Source of the DNA: Anaeramoeba ignava BMAN
Lineage: Eukaryota; Protista; Anaeramoebae
DNA: 64,000 nt
Direction of reading: 5' to 3'
Assembly (NCBI GenBank): GCA_028826165.1
Contig: JAPDFW010000055.1
Coordinates: 124,001 to 188,000, forward strand
Positions 13,230 through 22,415 of this stretch are shown in pieces (position 1 is the stretch's first letter; each line of letters begins with the position of its first letter). The notes beneath the pieces are model-generated. The model did no database searches and had not been told where the DNA came from. It saw nothing but the letters and a program-made list of their open reading frames with translations. A program made the translations under genes and the position numbers.

Positions 13230-14448
13230 ATGATTTCAATATTTCAAATTATCTTTTCTATTCTTTACTTTATTGTTTTTAAAATTTATAGATTGATTCA
13301 TTTATTGCATTGCAAATATATTTTTTTAAACGAATTCATTTCATCAATTATTCATCCATTTAAAAATTTAAAAACAATTGAAAAAGATACACTTTGTTTA
13401 AATAAAAAACCAAATCATATTGCGTTTGTTTTAGAAATTCCAAAGAATAAAAAAAACTTGAAGAAAATTATTAATCATTTGGGGATTATTCTTGTTTGGT
13501 GTGTTGGATTTGGAATTAAATATATAACCGTTTATGATTCAGAAGGAATTTTGAAACAAATTCCTCAAAAAATTGTTGATTCTTTTTCAACTTATTTTCT
13601 TAAGAATTCAAATCAAAATTTGAAAATTTCTGGTTATGGAGCCTTTAAAATTCCTGAAAAAATTATTCAAAATTTGCAAAAAAATTCCAAGAAAAAATCT
13701 TCTCAAAAAAAATCTTTGGATTCTTCTTTAAAAAGTGTTATTTTTGATGTTTTAGAATCACCAGAAATGCAAGATGAAAAAAATAATGAGATGAGAAATT
13801 CTTCAACAAATTTTGAAAAATTTGATTTTGTTGTTTCCATTCTTTCAGAAGAAAATGGGAAAAAAGAATTGATTAAATTGACAAAAATATTTGGAGAAAA
13901 AATCAAGAAGAAAATGATGAGTTCTGAAGATATTACTGTTGATTTGATTGAAGAGAATTTGTGGTCATCTTTAGGAAAGCCTGATCCTGATCTTGTTTTG
14001 AAGTTTGGAAGTGTTGAGAATTTGGATGGGTTTTTACCTTGGCAAATTCGGCTTTCTGAGATTATGTATTTTTAATATTTAATTTAATATTTAATATTTA
14101 ATTTATTATTTAATATTTAATTTTGGATATTTAATATTTATTTTTATTATGGATATTTAATATTTATTTTGGATATTTAATATTTATTTTTTAATATTTA
14201 ATATTTAATATTTATTTTGGATATTTAATATTTATTTAATATTTATTATTTAATTTAATATTTAATATTTATTTTATTATTTAATATTTAATATTTATTA
14301 TTTAATATTTAATATTTATTATTTAATATTTATTTTGGATATTTAATATTTATTTAGGTTTTTAGGAAATCTTGAAACTTTAAAATATATCCGATTTTTT
14401 AGATCATTAAAAAGATTTGCAAAAACTCAACAAAGATTGGGAAAATAA
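13230..14448 (+). CDS. NUS1: cis-prenyltransferase complex subunit NUS1/Nogo-B receptor; exons 13230-14065 and 14358-14448
   Basis: N-terminal TM, KPNHIAFV, ITVYDSEGILK, PDPDLVLKFG..GFLPWQIRLSEI; spliced C-terminus ends TQQRLGK (RxG motif). Confidence 0.93.
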
Positions 14449-14481
14449 ATTCAAAAAAAAAGAAGAAAGAAAAGTTTTATT

Positions 14482-15681
14482 TTAATTTTTTGAATTTTTT
14501 GGATTTTTTGAATTTTTTGCAATAAAAGGAAAAAACGGATTTTTCTTTTTATGAAGAGAAGCAATTAAATAACCAACAGCAGCACCAGTCAATCCACTAA
14601 AGAGGAAGTTATGGGGACGATTTCCATGGGAATTAAAAGTAAGACCAGTAGCAGCACCAGCAAGAACATGATTAAGCATATCATCTTGTTGTCTCAAATA
14701 AAAGAGAAAACCAGTAAAAATATAATACATTCCAGCCATTCCAGCAAATCGATTTGATAATATAAGACTGTGTTCTGTAACTGAATTTAGGAAGTAATTT
14801 ACTCCCACTTTTTGATTCATTTCTCCTAATTTTCCTATTGATTTTATTCCCCCAATTATTGCTCCTGTTCCGATTCCTATTAAATATCCCCATCCAATAT
14901 TTGCAAATATTTCGTTGGGATTTATGGAAAGTCCTCCATATCCTATTCCAACTCCATAATATCTTTCATTTGGTCTGTAAGCAATGTTTTTGAATGTCTT
15001 ATTTTTTTTTAATTTTTAAATTGAAATTCATTTTGAAAATTAAAATTGATTTTGAAATTAAAATTCATTTTGAAATTCATTTTGAAATTAAAATTAAAAT
15101 TCATTTTTAAATCAAAATTCATTTTATAATTAAAATTGATTTTGATTTTGAAATTAAAATTAAAATTAAAATTTTAAAATTAAAATTCATTTTTTTATAA
15201 TTCAAAATTAAAATTGATTTTGAAATTCATTTTATAATTAAAATTGATTTTGAAATTAAAATTAAAATTAAAATTAAAATTAAAATTAAAATTAAAATTA
15301 AAATTAAAATTAAAATTAAAATTAAAATTAAAATTAAAATTGAAATTCATTTTTAAATTAAAATTCATTTTATAATTAAAATTGATTTTATAATTAAAAT
15401 TGATTTTGAAATTCATTTTATAATTAAAATTCATTTTGATAATTGAAATTCATTTTATAATTAAAATTCATTTTGATAATTAAAATTGATTTTATAATTA
15501 AAATTCTTTTTGAAATTATATAAGAAAATACAGAAAAAGGTGAAGAACTTTTTTCAATTTGTGGAGTGGAATAATAATTCATTGGTTTAGGAATAAGAAA
15601 ACCAAGTTTTTTTGTAACAAAATGTGTGTCTTTTTCTTTTTCTTTTTCATCTTTATCTTTATTTTTTAAATTTGATTTCAT
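14482..15681 (-). CDS. TIM23: Tim17/22/23-family inner-membrane translocase, Tim23-like; exons 15681-15532 and 14997-14482
   Basis: IGWGYLIGIGTGAIIGG..VNYFLNSVT....SNRFAG..LRQQDDMLNHVLAGAATGLTF; N-terminal hydrophilic extension. Confidence 0.8.
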
Positions 15682-15772
15682 TTTATTTTAAACAATATTT
15701 CTAAAAAAAAAGAAAAGAAAAAAATGAAAAAAAATAATTTCAAAAAAAAAAATTTTTTTTAAAGAAAATTAA

Positions 15773-17137
15773 TCAAAAAAATTGAGATTTTTCAAAAGAA
15801 TTAATCAAATCAAGATCATTAACATTTTTAGAAGAATTTGAAATTAAATTTTTTTTAGAATTTGACAAGAATTTTTTGATGTTATTAGTTTTATTCTTGA
15901 TTAATCCAATTTGAGTATTATATTGAGTATTATATTTTAAAAGTAAATCTTTAATCTCATGAATTTCTTTTTCCAAATGATTAATTTTACGTTCTAATTG
16001 TTCTAAACGAACTTCAATGGAACAAGTTCTTGCTTCAAGTTTTAAATTCAAAAATTTGAATTGCTTTTCAAAATTTTCAATGATTTTTTGGATTGAATTT
16101 TGATAAAAAAGCATTTTTTTAAGTTCTTTTTTAAGTGAAGCTGAATTTGATAGTGAATTATCACTTGATGAATAATAAAAATCTTGATTTAATGAGTTTT
16201 GATTGGATTGTTTTTGAAATTGATCGAATTTAACCTGATGTGCTTTTAATAATTCTTTTTTTTTATGTAAATGCTTTGGTCTTAATTTTTGGTTTAGATT
16301 TTGACTTTTATTTTGAAATTGATTTTGATTTTGATTTTGAAATTGATTTATATTTTGAAATTGATTTATATTTTGAAATTGATTTTGATTTTGATTTAGA
16401 TTTAGATTTTGACTTTTATTTTGACTTTTATTTTGATTTTGATTTTGATTTTGATTTTGATTTTGATTTTGATTTTGATTTTGATTTTGAAATTGATTTA
16501 TATTTTGATTTTGATTTTGATTTTGATTTTGATTTTGATTTTGATTTTGATTTTGATTTTGATTTTGATTTTGATTTTGATTTTGATTTTGATTTTGATT
16601 TTGATTTTGATTTTGATTTTGATTTTGATTTTGATTTTGATTTTGATTTTGAAATTGATTTTGAAATTGATTTTGAAATTGATTTTGAAATTGATTTAGA
16701 TTTTGATTTAGATTTTGATTTTGATTTTGGAATTGATTTTTATTTTGAAATTGAAATTGAAATTGTTTGCTCTTTTTTAGCTTATATATTTTTCGACATT
16801 CAATAATCATTTTAATAACAAACTCCATTTTTTCAATTATAAAATCTTTTGTGAAAAATTGTTTCCTTGATACTTTTGGTTTCAAATTAAATTTAAAAGC
16901 AAGTTTGTAAATTTCTTTAATAAATTCAAAATCGTTATTTTTATTTTCAAATTTTAAATTTTCTTTTTCAAAATATTTTTTAAGTGTTGATGATGTTTTA
17001 TATATTAAATGTTGAAAAATTGAAATGAAAATTTGATAATTTCCTTCTAAAATTTCATTTTGTTCAATTTTATTTGGAAAAGAAATGTTTTGAACTTCTT
17101 TTTGAAGATTTTGATAAAGAAAATGAAAAAAATTCAT
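15773..17137 (-). CDS. CEP44: CEP44-like centrosomal protein with a central poly-NQ tract and C-terminal coiled coil
   Basis: N-terminal domain NDFEFIKEIYKLAFKFNLKPKVSRKQFFTKDFIIEKMEFV resembles CEP44 [38 protein letters not shown]; first ATG at 17137. Confidence 0.75.
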   Translation of the reverse strand: MNFFHFLYQNLQKEVQNISFPNKIEQNEILEGNYQIFISIFQHLIYKTSSTLKKYFEKENLKFENKNNDFEFIKEIYKLAFKFNLKPKVSRKQFFTKDFIIEKMEFVIKMIIECRKIYKLKKSKQFQFQFQNKNQFQNQNQNLNQNLNQFQNQFQNQFQNQFQNQNQNQNQNQNQNQNQNQNQNQNQNQNQNQNQNQNQNQNQNQNQNQNQNINQFQNQNQNQNQNQNQNQNQNQNKSQNKSQNLNLNQNQNQFQNINQFQNINQFQNQNQNQFQNKSQNLNQKLRPKHLHKKKELLKAHQVKFDQFQKQSNQNSLNQDFYYSSSDNSLSNSASLKKELKKMLFYQNSIQKIIENFEKQFKFLNLKLEARTCSIEVRLEQLERKINHLEKEIHEIKDLLLKYNTQYNTQIGLIKNKTNNIKKFLSNSKKNLISNSSKNVNDLDLINSFEKSQFF

Positions 17138-17325
17138 GTTTGTCAAAAAAATAAAAATCAAAAATAAAAAAAATAAAAAATGAAAAATGAAAAAATTGTT
17201 TTGATTTTTTTGATTTAATTTGAAATGAAGTTGAAAAAGTCTTGTTTGTTAAAAAAAATTTTGAAAGAAAAATTGAAAGAAAAATTTGTTTTTATTTAAA
17301 ATTTTTTTTTTTGCTTTTTTGGAAA

Positions 17326-17580
17326 TTAATATTTCTTTTTCAATTCTTCAACTAAATCAATATATTGTTTCATTGCATCATCTTTTGATGTTCCTTTAAA
17401 AGAATTCCAACTATCCCATTTAGCTCTTTCTTTTGGACTAAAAACTCCTGGTTTTGAAGTATTTACATCTCCAACAACAACTTGTTTGTAAAGTCCATAA
17501 AGTTTTAATAATTCTTTATCAGTTGGTTTTTTTGGTAATTTTTTTACTTCTTCAGCTGCTGTTTTAAATTGTTCTTCCAT
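17326..17580 (-). CDS. ACBP: Acyl-CoA-binding protein
   Basis: 84 aa with [12 protein letters not shown]....[21 protein letters not shown]. Confidence 0.97.
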   Translation of the reverse strand: MEEQFKTAAEEVKKLPKKPTDKELLKLYGLYKQVVVGDVNTSKPGVFSPKERAKWDSWNSFKGTSKDDAMKQYIDLVEELKKKY

Positions 17581-17686
17581 TTGAATTGTTTTAAAATGAA
17601 AAATGAAAAATGAAAAATGAAAAATGAAAAATGAAAAATAAAAAAAGAAAAAAGAATAAATAAAGAATTAAAAATTAAATTAAATT

Positions 17687-17806
17687 GGATTCGGCCATAT
17701 CCAATCAAATACTCCAGGACACATTCCGAACCCTGAAGATAAATGATTGAGAGCTAAGTGAGTTAGTTGGATGGGGAACCGCCAGCGAAAACTTAGTGTT
17801 GAATCC
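17687..17806 (+). rRNA. 5S rRNA, copy 1
   Basis: 120 nt; helix I GGATTCGGC/GTTGAATCC, GGCCATA, CCGAAC..GAAGATAA, GGATGGGGAACCGCC (box C-like), then an oligo-T Pol III terminator. Confidence 0.93.
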
Positions 17807-17950
17807 TTTTTTTTTTTTGATTTATTTTTTTATTCCACTTTTTTATTTTTATTTTATTCCACTTTTATTTTTATTTTTTATTCCACTTTTTTATTTTTAT
17901 TTTTATTTATTTTTTATTTTATTTTTATTTGATTTATCTTCTTTTTAAAA

Positions 17951-18315
17951 ATAAAAACATTTCTCAATATAATTTACTTCTCATTATTATTATTAATTTT
18001 GGAAATTTATATTGTTTTTTCTTTTCTTTAAATTATAAAATCTTTTTCATTTTCATTTTCATTTTCATTTAAATAAATTCTTTTCATTTTTTTATTTAAA
18101 TTTATAATTTCTTTAATTTCAAAATATAATTTTGGATTTATTATTCTGTTTGAATAAATAATTTTCAAATATTTGATTTTTATTTTGAATTTGAATTTGA
18201 TTTAATCAATATTTTAATATTAATTTATTATGAAATTTAATTATTTCTTCATTTTCTTGTTTTAAATGAAATAATATTACAAAATTCTTTTTATTTTAAA
18301 ATAATTTAATCAAAT
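17951..18315 (-). pseudogene. Decayed fragment of the BTB half of an RCC1-BTB gene
   Basis: Collinear with 38254-38650 (e.g. CTTCTCATTA..GGAAATTTATATTG, GGATTTATTATTCTGTTTGAATAAAT, TTTAAATGAAAT..ACAAAATTCTTTT), with indels. Confidence 0.85.
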
Positions 18316-18472
18316 TAAATCAAAATCAAAAAAGAAAAAGAAGAATTGAATTGAATTGAATTGAATTGAATTGAATTGAAAATTTATTTTTGTTTTTGAA
18401 ATGATTTTATTATTTTTGTTTTTGTTTTTGAATTTTTGGAAAAAGAAAAGAGAAAGAAAAAAGAAATTGGAA

Positions 18473-21200
18473 TTAAAGATCTAAATCAGTATGAAGTTCT
18501 TTTTCTTTAATAATTTGTTTAATAATTTGATGTTTTCTTTTTTTCTTTTTGAATAAAATAATTCCAATAATTATCATTAAAATAACAATAATTGGAATAA
18601 TTATTCCAATAGTTATTGTTGTTGTTTTTGTTGAATTATCAGTTTTTTGACATGGTTCACATGGTTCATAAGGAGATAATGTTGTAATTGATGTTGTTGA
18701 ATTAATTCCTGAATATTCATTATTTGAACAATTTAAATCAGATGATGAATAAACTGAAATTTCATAATATTCTTCTCCTTGTAATCCTGAAGTAATTGAA
18801 TAATGAGGAATGAAATTTGTTAAACAAATTGATGTTGAATTATAAGTAAATGAATATCCTTTTAATCCATTTGATAAAATTAATGAGTTCCAAGTACAAA
18901 CAAATCCATTAATTAATGATATGCAATTTAATGAAGTAATATTTCCTAATTTAGCTTTTGTTGAAATAATTGAACTAGGTAATCCTAAATATGGTGTTTC
19001 ACAATTTAAATCAATACATCCTCGAATTGAAATATTATATTCAACATTTCCTGATATTCCACTTATTATTCCAATTATTTCATTTCCACTTAAATCAAGA
19101 GATGTGAATTTTTGCCAATTTGTTTCATTATCAAGTGAAATTGAATAATTTTTTGCATTTGTTAATTTTGTGAAATTAAATTCAATTTCTTCAATTTTGG
19201 AAATTGTTTCATAAATTATTGGAGATGTTAAATTATCAGTTTTAATTGAAATTGATGAAATATATCCACATTTATCATTTGAATTACATGATGATATATT
19301 GATTTGATATTCTTGATTTGGGAATTGAGCTGTAAATTGTTGATTTGATGAAGTTGGTTGATAATTTCCTGAATCATTTTGATAAATTGATTGATAAGTA
19401 AAATTATAATAAAATGGAATTGAACAATTAATTGGTTGATTCCAAGTGCAATTAATATCAACTAAATTTGAAATTGAACATGAAATATTTGTAATTTCTC
19501 CAAATATTAATGAAATTGATGATTCAACAATTTCTCCTTTATCATCTACTTCACATTCTTGTGTTCTACATCCACAAATTGAAATATTATAATAATTTTC
19601 ACATTCAAAATTATTCCAAAGATAATCAAGTGAAGAATTATCAACTGAAATGAAAGATATTAAATCAGGTTGAGATTGAATGAGATAAGAAAGATTATAA
19701 TGATTAAGATGAGCAATTCCTTCATTGATCTGTACATTTGGATAATTCCAAGTAACATTAATTGAATAATTTGAAGGATTTGATAAATGAAAATCTTTTA
19801 CAGAATCAATTTTTGTTGTTAAATTAATGAAAGAAGAAGATTCACCACATTTCATTGATTCTAAATCACAAGATTTGATTTGAATTGAATAATATTCATT
19901 TCCAGTAATATTATCATAAAATGAAGAATTGAATAATTGATAATAAACATTTTCATCTTCAAGAATTGGAGAATCAATATCAATCCAATCATATCCATAA
20001 TTAATTTGATATTTCAAAGTTCTGAAAAATTCAATTTTATCCCAATAACAATCAAATGATGAAAATAAAGATGAACAATTAAGAATATTAACTTGAGGAA
20101 TTAAATTAGCTTCATAAACAAATGCTTGATTTGCATTTGGAGCTCCAATAGCAGTAAAATTCTCATAAATTGAAACAGAAAATCCAAAATTTGAAGCTGA
20201 TTTACTCAAAATTTGTTCTTGATTCCAATTTGTTCCATTATATCTGTAAATAAATACTTGATTTGCACCATAAGTTCCAATAACAATAACATCTTCATAA
20301 ATTGAAACACTCCGTCCAAAATTTGAAACTGAAGGTTCATTCAAAATTTGTTCTTGATTAAAATTTGTTCCATTATATCTGTAAATAAATACTTGTTTTG
20401 CACCATAAGCTCCAATAACAATAACATCTTCATAAATTGAAACTCAAAATTTGTTCTTGAATCCAAATTGCTCCATTATATCTGTAAATAAATGCTTGTT
20501 TTGAACCATAAGCACCAATAACAATAACATCTTCATAAATTGAAACAGAATATCCAAAATATGAAGCTGATTCAATCAAAATTTGTTCTTGATTCCAATT
20601 TGCTCCATTATATCTGTAAATAAATACTTGTTTTGCATTATTAGTACCAATAACAATAACATCTTCATAAATTGAAACAGGAAATCCAAAATTTGAAACT
20701 GATTCACTCAAAATTTGTTCTTGAATACAAATTGCTCCATTATATCTGTAAATAAATGCTTGATTTACACCAGGAGCACCAATAACAATAACATCTTCAT
20801 AAATTGAAACAGAATATCCAAAATATGTAGCTGATTCAATCAAAATTTGTTCAAGATCAAAATTTGTTCCATTATATCTGTAAATAAATGCTTGTTTTGC
20901 ATAAGGAGATCCAATAACAAGAACATCTTCATAAATTGAAACACTAACTCCAAAATATGAAGCTGCTGGACCTGAAAATTGATCTAATAAATTCCAAATC
21001 CAAGCTTCATTTGGAGTAGAATAATATCTTGTTGTTTCTGTTAATAATCTTGTTGTTTCTAATTCTTGAATTATTGATGATGGAATTATTGATGATGAAA
21101 TTGATTTTTGGTTATTTTGATTTGATTGAATTAAGAAAATATTGATAATTAAGAAAAAGGAAAAGGAAAAGGAAAAGAAAAGGAATTGATTTGATTTCAT
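18473..21200 (-). CDS. Type I membrane protein: signal peptide, 7 FG-GAP-like blades (integrin-alpha-like propeller), ~4-5 FN3-like domains, TM, short basic tail; copy A, frameshifting deletion at ~20440
   Basis: 44-45 aa repeats FG.SVSIYED....GAP; FN3 patterns (INVTW..P..HYNLSY; Y.ISI); TM ITIGIIIPIIVILMIIIGIILF followed by KKKKRK. Confidence 0.85.
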
Positions 21201-21238
21201 TTTTGTTTTGTTTTGTTTTTTTTGGATTGTTTTTTTTG

Positions 21239-21431
21239 CTATTTTTTATTTAATTAAGAAAAATAAATAATAAATAAAATAAGTTTATTTTATGTTTTTA
21301 TTTTTTTTTTTTTTTGTTTATTTTATGTTTATTTTATGTTTTTTATTTTGTTTATTTTATGTTTATTTTATGTTTTTGTTTTTTTGTGTTTTTTTTTTTT
21401 TATTAAAAAAATTATTTTTGCTTTTTCTTAC
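21239..21431 (-). other. Predicted 5'-UTR intron of FG-GAP gene copy A (copy B: 25211-25395)
   Basis: GTAAGA donor and AATAG acceptor conserved in both copies; a TTTTCATT initiator-like motif lies ~30 nt upstream of the donor. Confidence 0.55.
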
Positions 21432-21668
21432 TTTTTGTTGAGAGAAAGAAAAAGAAAGAAAAATGAAAAAGAAAAAAAATGAATTACTTTTTTTATTTGT
21501 AATTAAATATTTATTTAAATTAATTAATAAAAATAAATAAAATAAATAAAGAATTAAAAAAATAATTTAAATTGGATTAAATTAAATTAGATCTTATTTA
21601 TTTAAAAATAATTAAAATAAAATAAAAAGAAAAAAGAATAAATAAAGAATTAAAAATTAAATTAAATT

Positions 21669-21788
21669 GGATTCGGCCATATCCAATCAAATACTCCAGG
21701 ACACATTCCGAACCCTGAAGATAAATGATTGAGAGCTAAGTGAGTTAGTTGGATGGGGAACCGCCAGCGAAAACTTAGTGTTGAATCC
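21669..21788 (+). rRNA. 5S rRNA, copy 2
   Basis: Same sequence as copy 1, followed by oligo-T. Confidence 0.93.
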
Positions 21789-21886
21789 TTTTTTTTTTGA
21801 TTTATTTTTTTATTCCACTTTTTTATTTTTTATTTTTTTATTCCACTTTTTTCTTTTTATTTTTATTTAATTTATCTTCTTTTTAA

Positions 21887-22227
21887 AGATAAAAACATTC
21901 CTCAATATAATTTACTTCTCATTATTAATATTAATTTAGGAAATTTATATTGTTTTTTCTTTTCTTTAAATTATAAAATCTTTTTTATTTTCATTTTCAT
22001 TTTCATTTTCATTTTTTTATTTAAATTTATAATTTATTTAATTTCAAAATATAATTTTGGATTTATTATTCTGTTTGAATAAATCATTTCAAATATTTGA
22101 TTTTGAATTTGATTTAATCAATATTTTAATATTAATTTATTATGAAATTTAATTATTTCTTTATTTTCTTGTTTTAAATGAAATATTATTACAAAATTCT
22201 TTTTATTTTAAAATAATTTAATCAAAT
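21887..22227 (-). pseudogene. Decayed RCC1-BTB (BTB-half) fragment, second copy
   Basis: GATAAAAACATTCCTCAATATAATTTACTTCTCATTATTAATATTAATTTAGGAAATTTATATTG nearly matches the sequence from 38254 on. Confidence 0.87.
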
Positions 22228-22415
22228 TAAATCAAATAAAAAAAGGAGAATTGAATTGAATTAAGAATTGAATTGAATTGAATTGAATTGAATCAAAATG
22301 AATTGAAAATGTTATTTTTTTATTATTTTTTTTTTGTTTTTGAATTTTTGGAAAAAGAAAAGAAAAGAAAAGAAAAGAGAAATTGGAATTTGGAAATGAA
22401 ATTGGGAAATTGGAA

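Noticed and set aside
17326-17580. Alternative genetic code (TAA/TAG = Gln, as in hexamitids and ciliates)
   Set aside because: Conserved proteins end at TAA, TAG or TGA at the expected positions (ACBP, NUS1, COMMD4, Rab32), and long ORFs are open in the standard code.
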